A stretch of DNA of 22,809 bases from the NCBI GenBank assembly GCA_003009755.1, contig PXUB01000008.1:1-22809 (forward strand), in the 5' to 3' direction. Positions 1-8,123 of this stretch are shown one piece after another. Under the pieces are notes generated by a model. It saw only the letters and a program-made list of their open reading frames with translations. It was not told the origin of the DNA and did no database searches. The translations under genes and the position numbers were made by a program. The stretch comes from Thermoplasmatales archaeon SW_10_69_26. Lineage in GTDB: Archaea > Thermoplasmatota > SW-10-69-26. Numbering within the stretch: position 1 is the first letter of the stretch; each line of letters begins with the position of its first letter.

Positions 1-1107
1 ACGGCTCGAGGCACGATCGAGGCCGACCACCTCGCCCGCGCCGGCTTCGAGGTCGTCGGGCTCGACCCCCGCGACCCCCCGCACAGCGAGGGCTCCCACG
101 GCGGCCGGACCCGCATCATCCGCAAGGCCTACTTCGAGCACCCGACCTACGTCCCGTGGGTCCGCCGAGCCTACCAGCTGTGGGCCCAGCTGCAAGAGGA
201 CGCCGACCGGGAGCTTTTCGTCCGCACCGGCGGCCTCCACGTCTCGACACCCGAGGGTCGGCAGAAGACCGACGCCCAGTACGCCGTACAGGCCCACGGC
301 CTCACCGCCGACGAGCTGGACGACCAAGAGCTGGTCGACCGCTTCCCCGGCTTCGCCCACCGCGAGGACCTCGAGGCGATCTACAGCCCACACTCCGGGT
401 TCCTCTGGGCTCGCGAGGCGATCGACGCCCAGCTCGCCCGCGCCCGCAACCACGGCGCGACCCTCTCCACGGGGGAAGGCCTGCAAGCCTGGGGGTCGAC
501 GGCGGAGGGGGTCCGCGTCCAGACGGCTCGAGGCACGATCGAGGCCGACCACCTCGTGCTCGCCGTCGGCGCCTGGCTGCCCGAGATCGCGCCCGCCCTC
601 CCCGTCACGTTCACCGTCGAACGCCAGGTCCAGTTCCGCTTCCCGGCCCGACGCCACGCCGACCGCTTCACGCCGGAGACGTTCCCCGTCTTCGCCTTCG
701 ATGGCCCCGACGGCCAGGTCTTCTACGGCATCCCCGTGCCCGACCGTGGCGTGAAGATCGCCGCCCACCACGGCGGCCAGACGACGACGGCCGACACCGT
801 CGACCGCACCGTCCGCGACGCCGACGAAGCCAAGGTCCGCCGCTTCGTGCGCTCGATCCTCCCCGACCTCGACGGCGCTCCCGCCCACGCCGAGGTCTGC
901 CTGTACACGAACACGCCCGACCACCACTTCCTGCTCGACCGCCATCCCGCCCACGAGGACGTGGTCGTGGCCAGCCCCTGCAGCGGTCACGGGTTCAAGT
1001 TCGCGCCCGCGATCGGCGAAGGCATCAAGGACCTGCTCGTCGCCGACGAGACCCGCCAACCCCGCTACCTCTTCCGCATGGGTCGGTTCGGGGCCTCCCG
1101 CTCGTAG
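1..1107 (+). CDS. solA: N-methyl-L-tryptophan oxidase / monomeric sarcosine oxidase family FAD oxidase, 5'-partial
   Basis: Frame 1 is open from base 1 to TAG at 1105-1107. Family motifs: ...DHLARAG...GSHGGRTRIIRKAYFEHPTYVP, LAVGAW, CLYTNTPDHHFLLD, SPCSGHGFKFAPAIG. The N-terminal GxGxxG is not in the window. Confidence 0.88.
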   Translation, partial: TARGTIEADHLARAGFEVVGLDPRDPPHSEGSHGGRTRIIRKAYFEHPTYVPWVRRAYQLWAQLQEDADRELFVRTGGLHVSTPEGRQKTDAQYAVQAHGLTADELDDQELVDRFPGFAHREDLEAIYSPHSGFLWAREAIDAQLARARNHGATLSTGEGLQAWGSTAEGVRVQTARGTIEADHLVLAVGAWLPEIAPALPVTFTVERQVQFRFPARRHADRFTPETFPVFAFDGPDGQVFYGIPVPDRGVKIAAHHGGQTTTADTVDRTVRDADEAKVRRFVRSILPDLDGAPAHAEVCLYTNTPDHHFLLDRHPAHEDVVVASPCSGHGFKFAPAIGEGIKDLLVADETRQPRYLFRMGRFGASRS

Positions 1108-1109
1108 GC

Positions 1110-2093
1110 TCAGCTCTCCGAGACGGGGTCGGCGGTGTGTTGGTCCGCCGGGAAGAAGCACCGCAACGGACCCCGGCGCTCGTCCACGACCTCCTCGCGC
1201 TCGTCGAGCCGATCGAGGTGGTGCTTCACGGTCGCCTTGGCGGCGTCGAGGCGCCGGGCGATCTCGGACAGGTGCAGGCCCGGGTCCTCCGCGAGCAACG
1301 ACAACAGCCGCCGCTGGATCTCGGGCCGATCCGGCTCCTCGAGGACCTGGGCATCCGCCGGCCGGGCCCACCGCCAGGCGCCGCGCCGTTTCGTCTGCAC
1401 GACCAGATCGAAGCGCGCCAGAACCTCCAGGTGGTGCCGGGCGGTGCGGTAGCAGACGTCGAGCTCGTCGGCGACGTCCGGCGTGCCCAGGCCGGGCTCC
1501 TCCGCGAGCAACGACAGGATGCGTTGGCGGGCCGGGTGTTCGAGCGCCCGGTCCTTGCTCAGCTTGTGGTAGAGCCCGATGCCGGCCAGCCCGAGCAACA
1601 GCGAGGCCGTCAACGACGCCGCCGAGGCCTCGAGGCTGTTGCCCTGCGTCGTCGGCCACGCCGGATCGGCGTGCGCGGCCTCGCCCTGGCTGTGGGGCCC
1701 CGCGGTCCGGTGCTCGGCCGCGTGCTCGCCGTCCAGCCCAGCAGGGCCCGACGCCGTAGGGGGTTCCCGCTCGGCGGGATCGGGCTCCGCCTGGGCCCCA
1801 GCCACGCTGGCGGTCTGCCCCTCGTCCAGCTCCAGTGGGTCGTCGTCGCCAGGCAGGTGGGTTTCGGCGATCACGGTCAACCGGTCGATCGGGTCCAGGC
1901 TCCCTGCCGAGCGATCGATCCGGGCGGTGAGACGATCGACGTCGTCGCCGGCGTCCGGGCTCGCGGGGGCCTCGTCGACCAGGGCGGCCTCGGGGTCCGG
2001 GAGCTCGGGGAGTTCCTCGGCCGAGCACACCGTCGGGCAAGCCCCGGAAGCGGTCAGCAGCGCGAGCACGATAGCCGGCCAAGCGGGCATCAT
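1110..2093 (-). CDS. Membrane-anchored transcriptional regulator with two C-terminal winged HTH domains (COG3398-like)
   Basis: Start placed at ATG 2093 (MMPAWPAIVLALLTASGAC, signal-peptide-like), followed by an acidic Pro/Ala-rich region and a TM helix (ASLTASLLLGLAGIGLY). Then two repeats: ALEHPARQRILSLLAEEPGL..DVADELDV...TARHHLEVL and IQRRLLSLLAEDPGLHLSEIARRLDAAKATVKHHLDRL. Confidence 0.8.
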   Translation of the reverse strand: MMPAWPAIVLALLTASGACPTVCSAEELPELPDPEAALVDEAPASPDAGDDVDRLTARIDRSAGSLDPIDRLTVIAETHLPGDDDPLELDEGQTASVAGAQAEPDPAEREPPTASGPAGLDGEHAAEHRTAGPHSQGEAAHADPAWPTTQGNSLEASAASLTASLLLGLAGIGLYHKLSKDRALEHPARQRILSLLAEEPGLGTPDVADELDVCYRTARHHLEVLARFDLVVQTKRRGAWRWARPADAQVLEEPDRPEIQRRLLSLLAEDPGLHLSEIARRLDAAKATVKHHLDRLDEREEVVDERRGPLRCFFPADQHTADPVSES

Positions 2094-2107
2094 CGAGGGG
2101 TTCGGCG

Positions 2108-2132
2108 GTTGCCACTTGAGCGTTTTGGCAAC
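2108..2132. promoter_or_regulatory. Candidate operator: inverted repeat GTTGCCA-N11-TGGCAAC between divergent wHTH genes
   Basis: Perfect 7-bp dyad in the ~100-bp divergent intergenic gap; function is inferred. Confidence 0.35.
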
Positions 2133-2197
2133 GGTGTTGAACGCCCGTTCGAACCCGGTGGAGGGGAGCTCAAGGGCTCGGCGGGCGACGTGTCGCC

Positions 2198-2743
2198 GTG
2201 TCTGGTCGCGACGGTTCACCGACCCGCGAGGAGATCAAGGCGTGGCTGAACGAGGACCCGGGGGCCCGGCCCTCGGACGTGGCGGACGCGTTCGACCTGC
2301 ATCCATCGACGGCCGACTACCACCTGCGGCGGCTGGCCGAGAGGGGAGCGATCGTGCGCGAGCGCGTCGGCCGAGAGCTGCACCACTACCCGCACGGCGA
2401 GGGGTGGTGCCAGGATGCCCGGGCCGTGCACGCCCGGCTGACGGCCGCCGGCCGCGCCGTGATCGAACGCCTGCTCGACCGCGGCCTGGTGTCCCGACGG
2501 GCGATCGTCGCCCGCGGGCACTCGCGATCCGCGACGCGGTGGGCGATCGACAAGATGAGCGAGGCCGGCGTGATCGAGCGCGCCGGCTGGGGGATCTACG
2601 AGCAAGGCAGCGTGGACCTCGACTGCGCGACGGCGGCGCTGCGCGAGGAGCCGTGCCCGGCGTGCAACGACGTCGATCAGCCCACGCGACCGACGAGCAA
2701 CCCGTCACCCAAGGGCAAGATGGTGGCGTCGAGGTTCGACTGA
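2198..2743 (+). CDS. Winged HTH DNA-binding protein (two wHTH-like segments, C-terminal Cys motif)
   Basis: REEIKAWLNEDPGARPSDVADAFDLHPSTADYHLRRLAERGAIVRERVGRELHHY is a wHTH; there is a second HTH-like segment and a C...CPAC motif. GTG start. Confidence 0.75.
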   Translation: MSGRDGSPTREEIKAWLNEDPGARPSDVADAFDLHPSTADYHLRRLAERGAIVRERVGRELHHYPHGEGWCQDARAVHARLTAAGRAVIERLLDRGLVSRRAIVARGHSRSATRWAIDKMSEAGVIERAGWGIYEQGSVDLDCATAALREEPCPACNDVDQPTRPTSNPSPKGKMVASRFD

Positions 2744-3312
2744 TCGAGGGCCTCCTGCACGAAGGCGCGGACCTCCGCGGTCCCGTCGATCTCGCGGCCC
2801 TCGGTGAAGGTCGTGCCCTGCCAGAACACGTTGTCGGCGAACACGAGCCCGCCGTGGGCCGTCAACCGCGTGGCGAAGTCGAGGTACTCGGTCATCGACT
2901 CCTTGTCGGCGTCGATGAACACCGCGTCGTAGTAGTTCGTCGGCAGCGTGGGTAGCACGGCGCGCGCCTTGCCCGTGTGCACCTCGACGCGGTCGTCGAC
3001 GTCGGCCTTCTCGAACCACTCGCGAGCCTCGTCGGCGCGCTCGCTGTCGACCTCGATCGTCTCCAACGTGCCCGAGGAGGGCAGCGCCCGGGCGATCCAG
3101 ACGCCGGAGTAGCCCAGGCAGGTTCCGATCTCGAGCACGCGCTCGGTCTCGATCGAGCGCAGCATCAGCTGGATGAAGCGACCGGCCTCGGGCGTGATGC
3201 TGGGCAGGTCCCGCGAGCGGCAGGTGCCCTTGATCGAGGCGAGCACGCCGTCCTCGGTCGCGAAGCTGCGCCGGACGAAGTCGACGGCGGCCTCGTCGAC
3301 GAAGTTGGCCAC
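2677..3312 (-). CDS. O-methyltransferase (caffeoyl-CoA OMT / Methyltransf_3 family)
   Basis: VLEIGTCLGYSGVWIARAL, YDAVFIDADK, GGLVFADNVFWQG, ILPLGDGL. Confidence 0.9.
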   Translation of the reverse strand: MANFVDEAAVDFVRRSFATEDGVLASIKGTCRSRDLPSITPEAGRFIQLMLRSIETERVLEIGTCLGYSGVWIARALPSSGTLETIEVDSERADEAREWFEKADVDDRVEVHTGKARAVLPTLPTNYYDAVFIDADKESMTEYLDFATRLTAHGGLVFADNVFWQGTTFTEGREIDGTAEVRAFVQEALDQSNLDATILPLGDGLLVGRVG

Positions 3313-3360
3313 GAGGTCCCCTACGTCCCATCGGCGGTAAAAGTTGCCGGCCTTGCTCGA

Positions 3361-3921
3361 TCACCGGTCCGCGATCACGCACACGCCCTCCTCGCCGGTC
3401 AGCCGGCGCGGGCGCTGGAACCCGGCGCGCACGAGCGCGTCGGTGAGGCCCTCGGCTGCGTCCGCGTGGCCCGGCGTGAACCCCACCGACAGGCGTCCGC
3501 CGTCGACGAGCACCCGCTCGAGCTCGCCCAGTGCGGTCACCGGGTCCCGCCAGGCTTGGTACGTGTCGACGGTGAACGCGCGCTCGAAGCTGGCGTCCGG
3601 CCACGGGAGGTTCTCGGCGACCCGGGCCCGCAGGTCCACCGTGCCCTCGTCGACCGCGGGCCGGTTGCGCTCGCGGGCGGCCTCGAGCATCGGGCCCGAC
3701 GGGTCGACGCCGCTGACCTCGGCGCCGGGTTGCTGGTCGAGCACTTCCTCGATGCCCACACCCGGCCCGAACCCGATCTCCAGGACGCGATGACCAGGGT
3801 TGAGGTCGAGCAGGTCCACGGTCCAGGCGATCGTCTCCCGGTTCCGGTGGGCCATCCACCACCCGCCAAGCCGGCCGAGCCAGCCCTCCGGGCGGTCGAA
3901 GGCGCGGTCGAGCAGACGCAT
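3361..3921 (-). CDS. Class I SAM-dependent methyltransferase
   Basis: RPEGWLGRLGGWWMA..N, VLEIGFGPG, GVDPS..ML, AENLPWPDASF, ELERVLVDGGRL. Confidence 0.88.
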   Translation of the reverse strand: MRLLDRAFDRPEGWLGRLGGWWMAHRNRETIAWTVDLLDLNPGHRVLEIGFGPGVGIEEVLDQQPGAEVSGVDPSGPMLEAARERNRPAVDEGTVDLRARVAENLPWPDASFERAFTVDTYQAWRDPVTALGELERVLVDGGRLSVGFTPGHADAAEGLTDALVRAGFQRPRRLTGEEGVCVIADR

Positions 3922-4013
3922 CCGTCGATCCTCACAGGCCAGCGACGCTTATCGGTTCCGCCGGGAGAGGGGCGTGGATGCGGTTGGCAGGCCACCTGTC
4001 GACCGCGAGCGCG

Positions 4014-4742
4014 TCACGGTTCTTGCAGGTCGTACACGATGCGCGTGCGGCCCGATCCCTTGTTCTCGGTGCGGAGGATGCGCATCTCGCCGATCTCGCC
4101 GGTGCGTTCGACGTGCGTGCCGGCGCAGGGGGTGATGTCGACGTCGCCGATCTCGACGACGCGCAGCGTCGTGATGTGGTCGGGGATCAGGTGCAGCAGC
4201 GTGCGCTCGGTGTCGATGCGCTTCTTCAGCCGCGAGCGCTCCTCCTCGTAACCCTCGACGGGGATGTCGTCGTCGAACACCTCGTTGCAGGCGTTCTCGA
4301 TGCGCTCGAGCTCGTCCTCGGTGACCTCGTCCACGTCGAAGTCGACCCGGCTGTAGTCGGTGTGGATCTGGTTGCCCTTGGTGACGGCATCCCACTCGTC
4401 GTAGACGACGGCGGAGAGGACGTGCTGGGCGGTGTGCATCCGCATCAGCTGGTGGCGGCGCGTCCAGTCGATCTCGCCGGTCACGGGCGTGCCTTCGGCG
4501 GGCACCTCGCCGGTCACCTCGTGCAAGGGGTCGCCGTGGTCCTTGCGGACATCGGTGACGGACAGCTGGCGCCCGTCGACCTCGATCGTGCCCTCGTCGT
4601 GCGGCTGGCCGCCGCCGGTCGGGTAGAACAGGGTCCGATCGAGCTTGAGGTGGTCGTCGCTGGCCTCGACGACCTCGGCCTCGAACGTCTTCTCGTAGGC
4701 CCGCTCGGGGTCGGGCAGGTACAGCAGATCGGTGTCCGCCAT
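4014..4742 (-). CDS. alaX: Alanyl-tRNA editing protein AlaX (AlaX-M type)
   Basis: LDRTLFYPTGGGQPHDEG, plus the zinc ligand motifs HTAQH and CAGTH. Confidence 0.93.
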   Translation of the reverse strand: MADTDLLYLPDPERAYEKTFEAEVVEASDDHLKLDRTLFYPTGGGQPHDEGTIEVDGRQLSVTDVRKDHGDPLHEVTGEVPAEGTPVTGEIDWTRRHQLMRMHTAQHVLSAVVYDEWDAVTKGNQIHTDYSRVDFDVDEVTEDELERIENACNEVFDDDIPVEGYEEERSRLKKRIDTERTLLHLIPDHITTLRVVEIGDVDITPCAGTHVERTGEIGEMRILRTENKGSGRTRIVYDLQEP

Positions 4743-4797
4743 CTCGCCCCGACAGGGGATGGCAGGGGTGTTAGGCGTTTCGGCGGGGCCCCTGGGC

Positions 4798-6573
4798 TCA
4801 CCCGGAGCTGACCGGGAGGCTGGCGTACCCGGCCACGGGTCCCTGGCCGGCGACGGGTTGGCCGGGCCAGACGGCCGCGGTCACCTCGTGGTGGGCCTCG
4901 ACGACGGGCCCGGTGCCCGCCTCGACGAGGAGCGCGGGACCGACCGGGCTGGGCCGCGTGATGACGTCCGCGTCGCCGTAGCGGAGGCCCGTGCCGGTCC
5001 CCGAGCTGACGCCGCTCACCCGGTCCTGCGCGCAGGTCGTCGCGTCGGCCGAGACGGTGGCCGTCGTCTCGAAGGCGCCGGCCTGGTAGGCGGCGGAGGG
5101 ATCGAACACGGGCACGAACAGCTGCGTCGACGGCTGCGCGGGGGCTCGCGCCGCGGCGCTGGCGGTGGCGGGCGGAGCCGTCGTCGTCTCGACGGGCACG
5201 CGCTCGAGGATGGGCTCGGCGTCCACCGGCTCGAGCGGGGCGGCCGGCGACGCGCCGCCCTCGTCGAGGAGGAGGGACAGCTCCATCGCCTTAGAGACGG
5301 CGACCGTCACGTCGACGACGCCGGCCGGGAGGCTGCCCTGGGTCTGGGAGCGGGTCAGCGTCGCTCGGCCGTCCTCGTCGGCGGGCTGGACCCCGACCCC
5401 AGTCGACCAGTCCTCGGGCACCGACCGGCACGTGGTGACCTCGGGGGCCGTGGAGCCGGTCGGGTGGGCCAGCGCGGCTGCGAGGGTCGTCTCGGTCGTC
5501 GCCTCCGTCCACACCGAGCGGAGGGCGTTCCCCGTGGGGAGGTCGAGCTGGAAGCGGTAGACGCCTGGACCGGGCGCTTCAACGTCCACGATGCGCTCGT
5601 CGACGTGCACGTTCCGGGCGGTCCCGTTCGTGCCGTCGCCGGCGAGCTCGGCCGCGTCCCGGTCGGGGCAGTCGGCGACCTGGCTTCGCGCGGGGATCTC
5701 GGTGACCAGCTCGAGGTCGAGGTGGCGGAACCGGTCGACGTCCTCGACGATCGAGCCGGTCGTCTGGGCGGCGAACGCGGCGGCGCCCAGGTCCCAGGTC
5801 ACCATGCCGAGCGCTGCGCCGCCCTGCAGGGTCGGGTTCGCGCGGTCGACCCGCACGACGGGCGCGCCCTCGTCCCCGTGCGAGGTCGGGCCGACGGCCT
5901 CGAACCACCGCGTGTTGATCCCGCCGTCGAGGTCGGCGATCGTCGCCGTCCGCTGCTTGGTGGCCGGTCGGGCGTCGAAGCCGGCGCCTTGCCCGTGGTA
6001 GAGGACGACGTCGCCGCGTCGCGCGTCCCCGAGCCCGGTGGGCCCGCCGCGCAACGGGAGCGTGGCTTGGGCCTGGTAGACGAGGTCGGGCGGGACGCAG
6101 ACGAGGCCGACGTCGGTGTTCACCGGCTCGGTCGCATCGCGGGCGAACACGACGGGGCCCAGCTCGACGTACTCGGGAGGGCCATCGGGGCACCAGCGAG
6201 CCTCCGCGTCCGAGGTGTTCGTGCGATACAGGCAGCTCTGCGTCACCGCTTCCACGGTCACGTTCCTCGGGTGGACGTTGGCCCCCGGGCCGTGCGTGGC
6301 GGTGGCCTCGGCCGGGCCGGTGATGCAGCTCCCGGTGGTCCCGAGGTACAGCCGGTCGTCCCGGTCCTGCCAGTAGAAGCTCGCCGTGCACGACCCCGTG
6401 TCCCCGTCGCCAGCCGCGGCGACGAGCTCCGATCCCGGCCCCACGCCGGGGTTCACGATCGAGGCGGCAGGGTGCGCTTGGGCGTCGACCGCGACCGACA
6501 GCGCGGTCAGGCTCGCCACCGCGGCGAACGCAGCGATCCCGGCGACGAGCGCGAGCCTCCCCACGCCTCTCAT
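4798..6573 (-). CDS. Secreted protein with N-terminal trypsin-like (S1/PA clan) domain lacking catalytic His and Ser, plus uncharacterised C-terminal domains
   Basis: Signal peptide, then SCTASF...LYLGTTGSC (cf. TAGHC), TDVGLV and GDEGAPVV (cf. GDSGGP). Confidence 0.65.
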   Translation of the reverse strand: MRGVGRLALVAGIAAFAAVASLTALSVAVDAQAHPAASIVNPGVGPGSELVAAAGDGDTGSCTASFYWQDRDDRLYLGTTGSCITGPAEATATHGPGANVHPRNVTVEAVTQSCLYRTNTSDAEARWCPDGPPEYVELGPVVFARDATEPVNTDVGLVCVPPDLVYQAQATLPLRGGPTGLGDARRGDVVLYHGQGAGFDARPATKQRTATIADLDGGINTRWFEAVGPTSHGDEGAPVVRVDRANPTLQGGAALGMVTWDLGAAAFAAQTTGSIVEDVDRFRHLDLELVTEIPARSQVADCPDRDAAELAGDGTNGTARNVHVDERIVDVEAPGPGVYRFQLDLPTGNALRSVWTEATTETTLAAALAHPTGSTAPEVTTCRSVPEDWSTGVGVQPADEDGRATLTRSQTQGSLPAGVVDVTVAVSKAMELSLLLDEGGASPAAPLEPVDAEPILERVPVETTTAPPATASAAARAPAQPSTQLFVPVFDPSAAYQAGAFETTATVSADATTCAQDRVSGVSSGTGTGLRYGDADVITRPSPVGPALLVEAGTGPVVEAHHEVTAAVWPGQPVAGQGPVAGYASLPVSSG

Positions 6574-6682
6574 CGCTGGCCGTGATCCGCTCGGCTATGC
6601 AAATCGGTTTCCCTCCCTTCGACGGAGGGGGGACCTTCCGCGGGCCGGCACGTTCATGTCCGGACCCGAGCTAGCCCGGCGC

Positions 6683-7369
6683 GTGCCCACGGTCCCCGAC
6701 CACGTGGACCTCGACGAGCTCGAGGCCGAGCAGCGGGAGCTGGCCAGGAAGGTCCGCATCGAGGACGACCTCGACGACCCCGAGACGGTGGCCGGCTTCG
6801 ACGTCGGCTACCAGGGTCCCCGCGGTTTCGGCGCGCTCGTCGTCGCTCGTCTCGACGACGGTACGATCCTCGAGACCCTCGAGACGGTGACCGAGGTCCC
6901 GATGCCCTACATCCCGGGCCTGCTGGCGTTCCGCGAGCTGCCGGTGCTGCGGGAGCTTTGGCCCGAGACCACCGAGGACCCCGACGTGTTGATCGTGGAC
7001 GGCGGCGGCTTGATCCACCCGCGCCGGTTGGGCAGCGCCTCGCACGCCGGCGTCGAGCTCGACGTGCCCGCGATCGGTGTCACGAAGAACCTGTTGCTGG
7101 GCGAGGTCCACGGATCGCTGGCCGATCAGGGCGACGTGGCCGAGATCGTCGACGACGGCGAGCGGCTGGGCTACGCCTACCGCTCGTGCACGCGGCCCAA
7201 CGCCAAGCACCCGGTCTACGTCAGCCCCGGGCACCGAATCACGGCCGAGACGAGCCTCGAGATCGTGCGAGGGCTGTGCTCGGGCCGCTCCAAGCTGCCC
7301 GATCCCGTGCAGGCCGCCCACCGCGCCGCCGCCCGGCTGAAACGCTACCACGACCAGGTGGACCGGTGA
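6683..7369 (+). CDS. nfi: Endonuclease V (deoxyinosine 3' endonuclease)
   Basis: VAGFDVGY, PYIPGLLAFRELP, DVLIVDGGGLIHPRRLGSASHAG, PAIGVTK, PVYVSPGHRI, KLPDPVQAAH. Start is GTG 6683, with ATG 6656 as the alternative. Confidence 0.93.
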   Translation: MPTVPDHVDLDELEAEQRELARKVRIEDDLDDPETVAGFDVGYQGPRGFGALVVARLDDGTILETLETVTEVPMPYIPGLLAFRELPVLRELWPETTEDPDVLIVDGGGLIHPRRLGSASHAGVELDVPAIGVTKNLLLGEVHGSLADQGDVAEIVDDGERLGYAYRSCTRPNAKHPVYVSPGHRITAETSLEIVRGLCSGRSKLPDPVQAAHRAAARLKRYHDQVDR

Positions 7370-7424
7370 GGCATCTGTGCAGGCCGACAACGTGAAGAGC
7401 CGCCGACGATACGAGGTCGAACCC

Positions 7425-8123
7425 GTGCCCACTCCCGATCCGACGCGGATCCCCCGGCTCGCGCTGACGGTGATCGTCGCCCTCGTGTGCTTGGCGGGAT
7501 CCAGCCAGGCGGCCGTCGAGGGCGAGGTCGACGTCGAGCTGCACACCCTCGAGGAGGGCGCCCTCGAGGCCGAGCTGACCCTCACCGACGCCGAGGCCGA
7601 CGAGCTCCGGTCCCGCGCCGACCGGGACGACGACGGCGAGGTCGGCACGCTCGAGGCCGCCGGCGCCGAGCAGGTGCTGGCCGACCGCTTCGAGGGATCG
7701 ACCGACGCGTACGCGATCGACGGCAACCCGCTGGATCTGCAGGGAGCCGGCGTCGACGCCGACCGGCTGCAGGGACCGGTCGACCGCACCGAGCCGGTCG
7801 GGCTCTCCGTGGAGGCCGACACCCGCGTCTCGCCCGGCGAGGCCCCGCACACGTTCGCCCTCGAGGGCACGTTGACGACGGTCTCCGGCGAGACGCGCAT
7901 CGCCCACACCGTGCGAGCCCCCGGCGGGTACGCCATCGGCGCGACCGAGGGCTTCACCGCCGAGGACGACTGCCAGGCCCGCAGCCCCGCCGGGACCGAC
8001 GAGGCCTCGATCACGTTCGAGGAGAGCGAGGCCTGCTCCCGCGACACCCCGATCGATCCCTGGTTCGCGCTGGCCGGGATCGCGGCTGCCGGGCTGACCC
8101 GCCGCCGTCACGAGGACCCGTAG
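7425..8123 (+). CDS. Secreted/surface protein with EF-hand-like loop and C-terminal membrane anchor/sorting signal
   Basis: Signal peptide (RLALTVIVALVCLAGSSQA), acidic body, DRDDDGEVGTLE loop, C-terminal DTP + hydrophobic helix + RRR. Start uncertain (GTG 7425 or 7377). Confidence 0.7.
   Translation: MPTPDPTRIPRLALTVIVALVCLAGSSQAAVEGEVDVELHTLEEGALEAELTLTDAEADELRSRADRDDDGEVGTLEAAGAEQVLADRFEGSTDAYAIDGNPLDLQGAGVDADRLQGPVDRTEPVGLSVEADTRVSPGEAPHTFALEGTLTTVSGETRIAHTVRAPGGYAIGATEGFTAEDDCQARSPAGTDEASITFEESEACSRDTPIDPWFALAGIAAAGLTRRRHEDP

Noticed and set aside
6611-6633. GC hairpin between the pseudo-protease gene and nfi
   Set aside because: Short and imperfect; expected by chance at this GC content.
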